NCBI GenBank assembly: GCA_964528665.1
Contig: CAZGTB010000069.1
Location: 1-21,529, forward strand
Source: an uncultured Syntrophorhabdus sp.
GTDB taxonomy: Bacteria > Desulfobacterota > Syntrophorhabdia > Syntrophorhabdales > Syntrophorhabdaceae
Length of the DNA: 21,529 bases
Reading direction: 5' to 3'
The translations under genes and the position numbers were made by a program. The notes below the pieces were generated by a model. The model was not told where the DNA came from. It worked only from the letters and a program-made list of their open reading frames with translations, and ran no database searches. Each line of letters opens with the position of its first letter. Positions within the stretch are counted from its first letter, which is position 1. Shown here piece after piece: positions 1 to 7,784 of this stretch.

Positions 1-175
1 CAAGGTAAAAGCGCCAGAGGGCGACTTTCCAATGATAAGGGTTGGGTAGGATGTCACAACGAGATGGGGACAACCGCCTACACGACAAAACCTTAAAGCC
101 TAAGCCAAATAAAATAACTTGACTGGAATAAATAAGGAAGAAGTCTGCTGACCACAAAAATTTCCTTCCAAGACC

Positions 176-382
176 CTAAAATACACGCTTGGGATCCCAA
201 TAAGCTACAATCACCACACCCCTGTTTCCATCCTGGGGTGTATACCCCCCCCTCAGGAAAAAGAATGCTTTTTCCGTGAGTTCATTGGAATAGATCAACG
301 TTAACTTGTTGTACCCAAATTGTGCCCGTAGCTCCCAGAAACTCCTCGAAATGCACCGAGACATACCGATATCACGAAACAT
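176..382 (-). pseudogene. RelE/ParE-superfamily (Gp49/HigB-like) toxin fragment, probably N-terminally truncated and C-terminally degenerate
   Basis: The 68-aa ORF contains SFWELRAQFGYNKLTLIY followed by FFFLRGGYTPQDG. This resembles the G-x-WELR-x-x-x-G-x-x-x-R-I-x-Y ... LL-x-GF-x-KK core of Gp49/HigB-type toxins. About 40 N-terminal residues expected for the family are missing, the tail does not match, and no SD is seen. Confidence 0.3.
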
Positions 383-497
383 AGAAAACCCCCTGACAAT
401 CGATGATTTACAAGGATTATCAGGGGATTAGGTGACGGGCTATTTTGCCTTGGGTGTGCCCTCCGGAGCCAAAGGTCGAGCGTTCAAATCGCGTCCG

Positions 498-516
498 ATT
501 CCCGTCTCAGGCATTA
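498..516. repeat. Copy 1 of a 19-nt direct repeat ATTC(C/T)CGTCTCAGGCATTA, adjacent to a tRNA T-arm-like stretch (att-like remnant)
   Basis: attcccgtctcaggcatta at 498-516 matches attctcgtctcaggcatta at 719-737 in 18 of 19 positions. It is preceded by ggtcgagcgTTCAAATcgcgtccgatt, which looks like a degenerate T-loop/acceptor 3' half. No complete tRNA cloverleaf could be built. Confidence 0.5.
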
Positions 517-532
517 TATTTTGAAGTGAAAC

Positions 533-560
533 TGTGCCCATTCTGTGCCTAAAATGTGCC
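533..560 (+). repeat. Three direct TGTGCC(C/T) repeats with exact 11-bp phasing (possible protein-binding iterons or arm-type sites)
   Basis: TGTGCC starts at 533, 544 and 555, about one helical turn apart. A fourth TGTGCC at 455 is out of phase. The repeats lie between the two att-like copies. Confidence 0.4.
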
Positions 561-718
561 CGCGCCCGACAAATTTGACCTTATTTTAACTCACTCCAGC
601 TCAAATAAGCATTTATTCATTCATTAAAGGTATCATGGAGATACAAGTAAAATAGCTCCTCCCCAAAAGGGGGCGGCCTGGCCCTGGGACGCTCTGAAAA
701 TCCCCGTGTCGGCTGTCA

Positions 719-737
719 ATTCTCGTCTCAGGCATTA
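719..737. repeat. Copy 2 of the 19-nt direct repeat (att-like remnant)
   Basis: Matches 498-516 in 18 of 19 positions. The upstream 40 nt (ggacgctctgaaaatccccgtgtcggctgtca) align with indels to the region upstream of copy 1. It is followed by the small inverted repeat GGCAT-taatg-ATGCC. Confidence 0.5.
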
Positions 738-977
738 ATGATGCCCTAACATAGCTCACGTGTGGCCATAAACTCAAAAAATGAGACTATGCCGGTTGAA
801 GCATTTCTTCCTGTAACACGTTAAGCAACATCTTTAACAATGATACCAGATTATATCCGGTAATCCTTTTAATTCCTCTTTATTAAAAAATAGCAATGTT
901 TCGGCAACATTCCGGTTAGTCTCTCTGGTTTATCGTGTACTACACACTCGAAGAGTTCTGGGGAGACATGGCCGGAT

Positions 978-2708
978 ATGCATTGTAAACAAAACCAAGC
1001 TCTTAAAAACTTGATTCTCCTGTTGGTGATTGTTATACCACTTTTCTCACTTGGTATTTCGAATCATGGACTCTGGTCAGCCGACGAGCCAAGGGTTGCC
1101 GAGATCGGCAGGGAGATGCTTCTCACCGGAAACTGGGCAGTCCCTACCCTGAACCAGAGGCCGTTTCTTGAGGAGCCTCCTCTCTATTATGGGGCTTTGG
1201 CCCTCACCTTCAATGCCTTCGGTATCTCCGACAAAGTGGCAAGGATACCATCGGCATTCTTCGCCCTTGCAAGTATACTCGTTGTATTCTTTATGGCCAA
1301 CTTCCTCTTTGGGCCAAGGATAGCTCTTTTTTCTGCCCTCATCCTGGCAACGAGCGGGGAATACTTCAGGGTTGCCCACACAGTCATAGTGGATACCGCC
1401 CTTTCTTTCTTTATTGTCTCCAGTATGGGTCTTTTTATCGTCGGCTACCTATCTGACAACAACAGAAAAAAACTTCTGTGTTACATTCTCATGTATGTTT
1501 CTTGCAGCCTCGCCTTTTTCACAAAAGGATTCATCGGCATTGTGATACCAGGGCTCGGTATCCTCGCCTTTCTCGTGGCCGACAGAAATATCAAGGAAAT
1601 ATTCAAAATGCGACTCTGGCTTGGCGCCCTTATCTTCCTTTTCATGACTCTTCCCTGGTTCATTGCCCTGTGGCATCAGGGTGGCAAGGATTATCTGGAT
1701 GTCTTCATAATACATAACCATCTGCAGAGATTCATCCCCGGCAGTTTCTCCCGTGAAGCTTCAGGCCACCATCATCCCTTTTACTATTACCTGATTGAGT
1801 TTCCCGTAGGCTTTCTTCCATGGAGCCTCTTGCTCATACCGGTTGTCGCCTATGCCTTTTCGAAAACTGCCAAGTCCCATGCACCATGGGAAAAAGGCCG
1901 TCTCTTTGCGAAATGCTGGTTTTTTGCAGGGATTATCTTCCTCAGCGTCGCCTCAACCAAGCGAACCCTTTATCTCATACCACTCTTTGCCCCTATCGCA
2001 ATACTCACATCGTTATACATTAAATCTACACTTATGTCCCAGCCGCTAAATAGAATCAATAAAGCCTTTCTATGGGCTTTTGCCCTTGTGCTTGCCATGG
2101 TTGGCATAGGAGCGACACCTGTCTACATGTATATCAAGAGAATTTACCCGTTAGACACCTCGGTCAGGTTATTTGTTTCTGTCTCTATGCTTTCCCTTCT
2201 CATGATGGCATTCTCTCTAACGTCAATCTGGTATCTTTGTCATAGCAATCTAAGAAGATACTGGGCTTTAACTACTGCCCCGATAATTGCGGGCCTGGTT
2301 TTTGCCGCAGTGGTTGTTGCGCCTCTCATGGATCGCCATAAGAGCTTTGTTCCTTTCTGTCAGGAGGTGCAGGCCACAGTGCCTCACAGCCAAACGTTTT
2401 TCGCATATAGCCCTGATGAAACCTTGCGGGGAGCTGTACCGTTTTATACCGGCCATTACCTGGTTGAAATAAACGGCCTTGACAGCCTTGAAGACATTAT
2501 GCAAAGGGAAGAGTTGTTTTTTGTGATGACCAGGGACAAGAGACGCAAGGCTGAAGGTGAATTGCTCTCGACGGGTGGGTTGTTCGTCGTTTTTCAAGAG
2601 AAAATGGGGGTAGACAGAACCCTAACGATCTTCTCGAACCATGCTGCTACGGCCCTGAGTGAGACCGAGCTTCGTCAGATGCTGGCCTATAGGGAAGAAG
2701 CACGGTGA
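978..2708 (+). CDS. ArnT/PMT_2-type GT-C fold glycosyltransferase (GT39/GT83-like polytopic membrane protein)
   Basis: A 576-aa, highly hydrophobic multi-TM protein. The N-terminal motif SADEPRVAEIGREML..GNWAVPTLNQRPFLEEPPLYYG is typical of the 4-amino-4-deoxy-L-arabinose/dolichyl-phosphate-mannose transferase family. It has an ATG start with GGGGAGA about 10 nt upstream and a TGA stop. Confidence 0.85.
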   Translation: MHCKQNQALKNLILLLVIVIPLFSLGISNHGLWSADEPRVAEIGREMLLTGNWAVPTLNQRPFLEEPPLYYGALALTFNAFGISDKVARIPSAFFALASILVVFFMANFLFGPRIALFSALILATSGEYFRVAHTVIVDTALSFFIVSSMGLFIVGYLSDNNRKKLLCYILMYVSCSLAFFTKGFIGIVIPGLGILAFLVADRNIKEIFKMRLWLGALIFLFMTLPWFIALWHQGGKDYLDVFIIHNHLQRFIPGSFSREASGHHHPFYYYLIEFPVGFLPWSLLLIPVVAYAFSKTAKSHAPWEKGRLFAKCWFFAGIIFLSVASTKRTLYLIPLFAPIAILTSLYIKSTLMSQPLNRINKAFLWAFALVLAMVGIGATPVYMYIKRIYPLDTSVRLFVSVSMLSLLMMAFSLTSIWYLCHSNLRRYWALTTAPIIAGLVFAAVVVAPLMDRHKSFVPFCQEVQATVPHSQTFFAYSPDETLRGAVPFYTGHYLVEINGLDSLEDIMQREELFFVMTRDKRRKAEGELLSTGGLFVVFQEKMGVDRTLTIFSNHAATALSETELRQMLAYREEAR

Positions 2709-3795
2709 ATGTGCTCCCTTCTGCTGGAGTACTTGTTACCGTTATAGAGCCACCAAGGGAATAGGCAAAAGCCCTGGCAAGGCTTAAACCGAGACCACTT
2801 CCTGCTTCTGATCTACTCTTGTCGGCACGAAAAAATTTTTCAAAAATTCGAGGAGTATCCTCATTCGATATCCCTACGCCTGTGTCCTTAATCCCAATCG
2901 AAACCTCTTTCGCGTTACCATTCAGAGTGATCGTTATAGTTCCTCCGGGGGACGTAAATTTTATGGCATTGTCGAGAAGGTTCCCCAAGATGCGCTGGAG
3001 TTTACGTCTATCACTGTAACACCTTAGAGTAGAAGGTGCCTGAACTAGAACAGCGATGTTCTTATCCTCTGCCATGGGCAAAAAAAGTCCCACGGCGTCC
3101 CTCACAACCTCAGCAACATTCAGATCCTCGATAACAAGCTTCGCTACTCCAGCCTCCGCCTCCGAAATATCAAGCACGGTGTTAATCATACCAAGAAGAC
3201 GGTCACATTGTTCGATAATGTCTCCCGCCAACACACGATGGGCTTCAGAGGAGGATTCGCTTGTCAGTGCCGCCTCTGCTATTCCTCGCATCCTTGCTAT
3301 AGGGCTTCTCAGATCATGGGCAATACTATCATTGGTCTCTTTCATCCCCTGGATAAGCGCACTGATTCTATCGAGCATGGTGTTGAAGGTCATTGCCAAA
3401 CGGTCAATCTCATCCTGTCGACCCTTTACCGGAACGCGTTCTTTCAATGCACCATCCGCCACCGCTTTGGCAGTTCTGGTTAACTGCACAACACCTGATA
3501 AAGCCCGTCTGGCCATGAACCAACCAACTAGTGCCGAGAGAATGATAACAAACAGTAGGGGCCATGCCAGGTATTCACGAAAATCTTCCCGGATAGCGGC
3601 CAAAGCCTTTTTGCTAAGGCCATGAGATCCATATAAGACTATTACGTAAAATATCCAAAAAACGATATTCAGAGAAACCGTGAAGACCCCGGCATACATG
3701 AGCGCTAACCGGAACGCCACTGTATGTCGGATACTAAAAAGTTTCTTTAAGGATGTATCCGGCTCCGCGAATTGTGTGGATGAGTTTCTTTTCAA
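2647..3795 (-). CDS. Sensor histidine kinase (two TM helices with only a ~20-aa external loop, HAMP, HisKA, HATPase_c)
   Basis: H-box HDLRSPIARM, N-box LLDNAIKFT, G-boxes DTGVGI and GSGLGLSLA. The TM1-short loop-TM2-HAMP architecture is visible. The longest ORF starts at TTG 3795, 62 nt inside the regulator gene, with AAGGTAG upstream. The 3' end overlaps the convergent glycosyltransferase gene by 62 nt. Confidence 0.9.
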   Translation of the reverse strand: MKRNSSTQFAEPDTSLKKLFSIRHTVAFRLALMYAGVFTVSLNIVFWIFYVIVLYGSHGLSKKALAAIREDFREYLAWPLLFVIILSALVGWFMARRALSGVVQLTRTAKAVADGALKERVPVKGRQDEIDRLAMTFNTMLDRISALIQGMKETNDSIAHDLRSPIARMRGIAEAALTSESSSEAHRVLAGDIIEQCDRLLGMINTVLDISEAEAGVAKLVIEDLNVAEVVRDAVGLFLPMAEDKNIAVLVQAPSTLRCYSDRRKLQRILGNLLDNAIKFTSPGGTITITLNGNAKEVSIGIKDTGVGISNEDTPRIFEKFFRADKSRSEAGSGLGLSLARAFAYSLGGSITVTSTPAEGSTFTVLLPYRPASDEARSHSGP

Positions 3796-4411
3796 AGTTT
3801 TTATCTACCTTATCTCTTAGCCTGCTTATGCGCGTTTCTACAACATTTGTCTGGGGATCAAAATTATAGTCCCATACGTGTTCCATGATCATCGTCTTCG
3901 AAACAACCCGTCCGGCATTCCGCATGAGGTATTCGAGCAACGCAAATTCACGAGGCTGCAAGTCAATCGGACGACCCAACCGCTTGACCTCCCTTGAGCG
4001 TAAATCCATGGTGAGATCCGCAATGGTCAAGTGAGTCGCATCAGGAACACCACTCGCCCTCCGGACAAGTGCTTGAATACGGGCTATCAGTTCAGCAAAG
4101 GCAAAGGGCTTTGTGAGATAATCATCGCTTCCTCCTTCCAATCCTCTAACGCGATCATCAATAGAACGCTTCGCGCTGAGAATAATCACTGGAGTACTGC
4201 GATGTTGCTGCCGCATCTCTGTAATCAGTGAAAGGCCATCAAGTTTGGGCAGCATCAGGTCTATGATGGCCACATCGTATTCCTCTGTCAGCGCCCTGTG
4301 GAGGCCATCCTCTCCGTCGACTACGTGGTCCACAACATGGCCCGCTTCCTTGAGACCTTTAACAACAAACGATGCTATGGCCTTGTCGTCTTCAACGAGC
4401 AGGATTCGCAA
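3734..4411 (-). CDS. OmpR/PhoB-family response regulator (receiver plus winged-helix DNA-binding domain)
   Basis: RILLVEDD, DVAIIDLMLPKLDG and LSAK are receiver motifs. The C-terminal LTIADLTMD...REFALLEYLM...VETRISRLRDKV...IHTIRGAGY is a trans_reg_C winged helix. It has a TTG start with AAGGGA SD 7 nt upstream and a TAG stop. Confidence 0.92.
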   Translation of the reverse strand: MRILLVEDDKAIASFVVKGLKEAGHVVDHVVDGEDGLHRALTEEYDVAIIDLMLPKLDGLSLITEMRQQHRSTPVIILSAKRSIDDRVRGLEGGSDDYLTKPFAFAELIARIQALVRRASGVPDATHLTIADLTMDLRSREVKRLGRPIDLQPREFALLEYLMRNAGRVVSKTMIMEHVWDYNFDPQTNVVETRISRLRDKVDKNFEKKLIHTIRGAGYILKETF

Positions 4412-4875
4412 AAAGTTTCCCTTTCTAAATCATTGGCGATCGTGCACTGATCCAATCGGCATTACTTGCAGTGTCAATACAATAACAAATTCCCATGCTG
4501 ACACTTCAAAACTACACCACTTTTTGCCACACGTCAAACATCTTCAGAAATGTTGCCATTTTGTAATGGTTTGGTAAGGTTCCGGTTAGTTTGTAGTGTA
4601 TTATACAATGTAAAATGGATCGTCTACGATCTTTTGTTCTGACTCTTTTGTGTTTTAAGAGCAAATGGAGTATACATACTCATATCTAAAGTCCCGTGGC
4701 ATTATGCCATAGGGCGGTCTTGCCGTGCGGCAAAGCATATTCCCAAACATGACAAGAAGGTGAAAAAAGGAGGTAATAACGCCCAGAGGAATAACACCGC
4801 TGTCGGAGACGACAGGAGAAAGCACTTGATACCACGTGTAACTGTTTATAACAAACAATCAAAAGGAGATTAACC

Positions 4876-5763
4876 ATGAAAAATCAACATTCAGGGAGAA
4901 TTACCCTGGCAGTATTCAGTTTAAGTCTCGTTCTAATGATAGGCATGCTGCTTCCCGGCACCGGATACAGCCAAATCCAGCCTGTTCAGAAGCGTACCGT
5001 CGAGGACGGTAAAGAAGTCACGATCAAAGGCGTCATCCTCAGCCGTGATGCCGAGACATTTGTCTTACGCGACATCTCACGCACCGACACGGTTGTTGCT
5101 TTGACCTAGTCCACCAAGGTAAGGACCGAGCGAAAAGGGCTCTTTCGCGGACTCAAGCCCTTTGATGTAACCGTGCTCCAGCCTGGCCTTATCGTGGAAG
5201 CCCAGGGCAAAGGTGATGCGAAGGGTCGCCTAATGGCCACTGACATCAGGTTCTCCGAGGAGGACCTCAAGGCGGCGATAACCGCAGCCGTTCGAACAGC
5301 TCCCGTTGAGAAAAAACTCGCAGAGACAGACAAGAAACTCGCAGAGACCAGCAAGGAAGTTGTGGACACCAACAAGCGCATTTCTATGCTTGACCAATAT
5401 GACGTTGTGAAGACCGTGACGGTGCTTTTCCCCGTCAACAAAGCTACCCTCGGGGCCGACGCGAAAACTCAACTTGACGACCTCGCATCGAAAGCACCTG
5501 GCGCGAAGAACTACATGGTGGAAGTCCAGGGCTTCGCCGATCCAACTGGGGATTTTTAAAAGAATCTTGAACTGAGCCAGCGCCGCGCACAGTCAGTGGT
5601 GGAGTACCTGGCGGTGAAGCACAACATACCGCTGCGGCTCATATCGTTACCCATGGGCTATGGCGAGACAAAAACTGTCGGCGATGAGAAGACGGCAGCA
5701 GGTCGCGCTCAAGACCGCCGGGTGGATGTGAGGGTTCTGGTTAACAAGGGTCTTGCTCAGTAA
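4876..5763 (+). pseudogene. OmpA-family (peptidoglycan-associated C-terminal domain) envelope protein interrupted by two in-frame stop codons
   Basis: A single reading frame runs from 4876 to 5763. It has a signal-peptide-like N-terminus (MKNQHSGRITLAVFSLSLVLMIGMLLPG), TAG at 5107-5109 inside a beta-rich domain, and TAA at 5557-5559 inside the OmpA_C motif. That motif reads VEVQGFADPTGDF*KNLELSQRRAQSVVEYL...GYGE...GRAQDRRVDVRV. An AAGGAG SD precedes the ATG and a strong terminator follows. Confidence 0.75.
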
Positions 5764-5816
5764 CGAGCAGAGCCAAAACAACCAGCCTTTCGTTACACCG
5801 GAGTGGTAATAATGAG

Positions 5817-5845
5817 GCAGGGTCAGAAATGGCCCTGCTTTTTTT
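5817..5845 (+). terminator. Rho-independent terminator downstream of the OmpA-family gene
   Basis: An 8-bp stem pairs gcagggtc (5817-5824) with ggccctgc (5831-5838), including one G-U pair. The loop is 6 nt (agaaat) and is followed by seven T residues (5839-5845). Confidence 0.8.
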
Positions 5846-6095
5846 GTACATATTCCAACCCGTAATCTTTACTTCTTAGCAAAGAACCATATGCTACATT
5901 GGTGGGTGAAAGGTGGCGCTTTGTATTCGAAATCATTTGGGAAATTTTACCAAAGGCAATTCCGTTTGTTACTTCCTGAAATGCTGTTTTTGTTGTACTC
6001 TTCCGATATGCAAGATTACAAATGGCATTCAATAATTCTATAGTGGAGTAACTAACCTTAGGGGCGGTACAAATTACATGGCGGGGGCAGGTCAA
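5823..6095 (-). CDS. Possible orphan XRE/HigA-like helix-turn-helix protein (weak)
   Basis: The 90-aa ORF contains FQEVTNGIAFGKISQMISNTKRHLSPTNVAY. This aligns by eye with the HigA/XRE pattern LA..LGVS...LS.LINGKR.ISPEMALRL. There is no adjacent toxin gene, the start is uncertain, and the 3' end overlaps the terminator at 5817-5845. Confidence 0.35.
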   Translation of the reverse strand: MTCPRHVICTAPKVSYSTIELLNAICNLAYRKSTTKTAFQEVTNGIAFGKISQMISNTKRHLSPTNVAYGSLLRSKDYGLEYVQKKQGHF

Positions 6096-6129
6096 GACAG
6101 CAATTGAAGAAAATTACAAGTCTATATGC

Positions 6130-6888
6130 TTAAGCGGCAGGACATGCCTTCATGCAGTTGAAACACAAATATTGAAAACCCATTTGGAGCACATGGTACA
6201 GACGCCAATATTCGATATCTTTGAGCATAGTCTTCTTTTCTTCCGGGGATGCATCGACCAGTTTTGTCCAGAATCGTATGTTCGCACCAAGTCCATAGGG
6301 CTCCAACACCCTCATACATTTCATCACATCGGTCTTCCCCTTTTCATTTAAGGCCTCAGCGGGGCAGCTTTCCACGCAGAAATTACATCCAGTACAAAGG
6401 TTGTCCTGAAGGAGCAAATCTGTCTCAAGCTCAAGGTCTGTGAGAACGGCAGAAAATATCACTTTGTTTTTAAATCGAGGATGATAAACAAGGTTGTTTC
6501 TTCCCAATACACCGAGACCTGCTGCCACTGCTGCGTGGCGCAATGACACGTCTGCCACAAGTCCTTTGGTTTCTCGACTCATCTCCATGGGAAACGTGGC
6601 AGGGACGGCCATGGCCCTGCTGTTTAGCTCTGTTTCCAGAAACCGCGTCATTCTGTAGTTAGATGCCCTGAGGAATGCCATCAAGTCGAGCCTTCCGTTC
6701 ATGGCAATCTGGGGGCTTAGGCTCTCGCAATTTGAAAGCTCTCTGAACGCAAGTACGACTATCGAACGTACTTCGGGAAAGAGTTTTGCAATATCAGGTG
6801 ACCGTGGACTCCGGTAATCCGCAACTGCAGTAACACCTATATCGTCTGCCCCTACTTGTTTTGCAAAGTTTTTGATCTTCTCTTTCAT
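6130..6888 (-). CDS. QueG/RdhA-superfamily-like iron-sulfur protein (2x[4Fe-4S] ferredoxin-type motifs)
   Basis: IKNFAKQVGADDIGVT and LRHAAVAAGLGVLGRNNLVYHPRF..KVIFSAVLTDLEL resemble the epoxyqueuosine reductase/reductive dehalogenase core. Cluster motifs are CTGCNFCVESCP (CxxCxxCxxxCP) and CFNCMKACP. ATG 6888 lies 5 nt after AAGGAGG, and the track start GTG 6891 is one codon upstream. At 253 aa the protein is too short to be a canonical QueG. Confidence 0.75.
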   Translation of the reverse strand: MKEKIKNFAKQVGADDIGVTAVADYRSPRSPDIAKLFPEVRSIVVLAFRELSNCESLSPQIAMNGRLDLMAFLRASNYRMTRFLETELNSRAMAVPATFPMEMSRETKGLVADVSLRHAAVAAGLGVLGRNNLVYHPRFKNKVIFSAVLTDLELETDLLLQDNLCTGCNFCVESCPAEALNEKGKTDVMKCMRVLEPYGLGANIRFWTKLVDASPEEKKTMLKDIEYWRLYHVLQMGFQYLCFNCMKACPAA

Positions 6889-7112
6889 CACTACCTCCTT
6901 AAAAATATATAATAAATCTTTGTGCGTTTTTTTTGTGAGCCTTTTTCAATTTAGATGTTGAGTGTTTCCGTGTTTAACATAAGAGAAAGAGCCTTCAGCT
7001 TCAACTCGTGAAATCCTCAATTTTATATCCTATGCATAATGCTCACCTTGTAAGTAAACATGTCTAGCTTATCCGTCTTTTCATTTTGAAAAATTGATCA
7101 ATACTAATTCCG

Positions 7113-7631
7113 TTATTCGACGATTTTCTCCTGATTCATAGTGAAGCACCATTTGCAGAATAGTTCTTTGGGATGAGGATCAGGAGGAGCGAACAAACAC
7201 TCGACCTTAATGTCCCTGTCAACTTCTTTGATAATGCTCACAAATTCACCTAAGTGCGTATCCTTGCAGCTATATTCTCCCACTCCTTTTATCAGTCGAG
7301 CCTCCTGGGAAGGGCAATGGGGGATGGAAACTATGATTTCCTCGTCTTTAGCCACGATTTCATATCCTGATATCATTGCCCAAGGGAAATATCTAAAAAC
7401 CTTGGCAAGGGCTTTCAGCCCCTTTTCTTCAATCGAGAATCTCTCTTTGATTTCCCGGGTCATGATCTTCCCCATCCTGTGCCACACTTCTTCGTTGATC
7501 TTAATCGCAGCATTGTAGCCACAGGTATGTTCTACCCCGAGAAACCAAAATCCATCCGTCCTTCTGAACTGGTTCAGCATAAATTCTACATATGTTTGAA
7601 GCTCTTCATTATTAAAATGGGGTGTCTTCAT
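7113..7631 (-). CDS. Small conserved cytosolic Cys/His-containing protein, DUF6125-like (function unknown)
   Basis: A 172-aa ORF with an ATG start and AAGGAAG upstream. The pattern DGFWFLGVE...W....K...REIK...I...GL..LAK...HCPSQ.AR...G..EYSCKD...EF...I...I.VECL.APPD.H......C.WCF matches my recollection of the DUF6125/ATC-hydrolase-like family. The family assignment is from memory only. Confidence 0.55.
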   Translation of the reverse strand: MKTPHFNNEELQTYVEFMLNQFRRTDGFWFLGVEHTCGYNAAIKINEEVWHRMGKIMTREIKERFSIEEKGLKALAKVFRYFPWAMISGYEIVAKDEEIIVSIPHCPSQEARLIKGVGEYSCKDTHLGEFVSIIKEVDRDIKVECLFAPPDPHPKELFCKWCFTMNQEKIVE

Positions 7632-7784
7632 ATAAGCTTTTCTTCCTTTGGCTTAACAAAGCGAAAAATGTGCTGGAAATATGTAACCAGGGATGAGAAT
7701 ACCCCCTAAATAAGAACCTTGCTTACTTTGATTTTTCGAAGCAATATTCTCATACTTCACTCGGTGCAATTTTATCCATTCGTT

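Noticed and set aside
470-510. A possible tRNA or tmRNA gene around GGTCGAGCGTTCAAATCGCGTCCGATTCCC
   Set aside because: Only a T-loop-like TTCAAAT with an imperfect stem is present. No matching 5' acceptor strand, D-arm or anticodon arm could be found upstream. It is treated as a remnant, not a gene.
910-920. An identical 11-mer TTCCGGTTAGT upstream of the glycosyltransferase gene (910-920) and in the regulator/OmpA intergenic region (4580-4590). Each has a nearby AATGTT and a GTGTAyTAyACA-like palindrome, so it looked like a possible response-regulator box.
   Set aside because: An exact 11-mer shared once within about 21.5 kb is expected by chance many times, and about once or twice even among intergenic DNA alone. 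Spacing to the flanking motifs differs (15 vs 31 nt and 22 vs 13 nt). No OmpR-type direct-repeat geometry is evident.
3056-3625. Long antisense or alternative-frame ORFs inside well-supported genes: 3056-3625, 13349-13846, 13979-14551, 14888-15403 and 15894-16415, plus many 60-110-aa ORFs
   Set aside because: They lie opposite or out of frame to genes with clear family motifs. They have low-complexity, Ser/Arg/Pro-rich compositions, no SDs and no recognisable domains. These are typical shadow ORFs.
5107-5559. Stop-codon recoding (pyrrolysine, selenocysteine or reassignment) as an explanation for the in-frame stops in the OmpA-family gene
   Set aside because: The two stops are different codons (TAG and TAA), and neither is TGA. 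TAG terminates the clearly intact UbiD-like, kinase and regulator genes, and TAA terminates the Fe-S and DUF6125-like genes in the same window. No PYLIS- or SECIS-like context was recognised.
7031-7050. A sigma-54-like element on the minus strand (aGGTGAgcattATGCAt, GG-N10-GC) upstream of the QueG-like gene
   Set aside because: Only the GG and GC dinucleotides and the spacing match. Both flanking hexamers deviate from TGGCAC/TTGCA, and it lies about 140 nt from the start codon. This is too weak to call without transcription start data.
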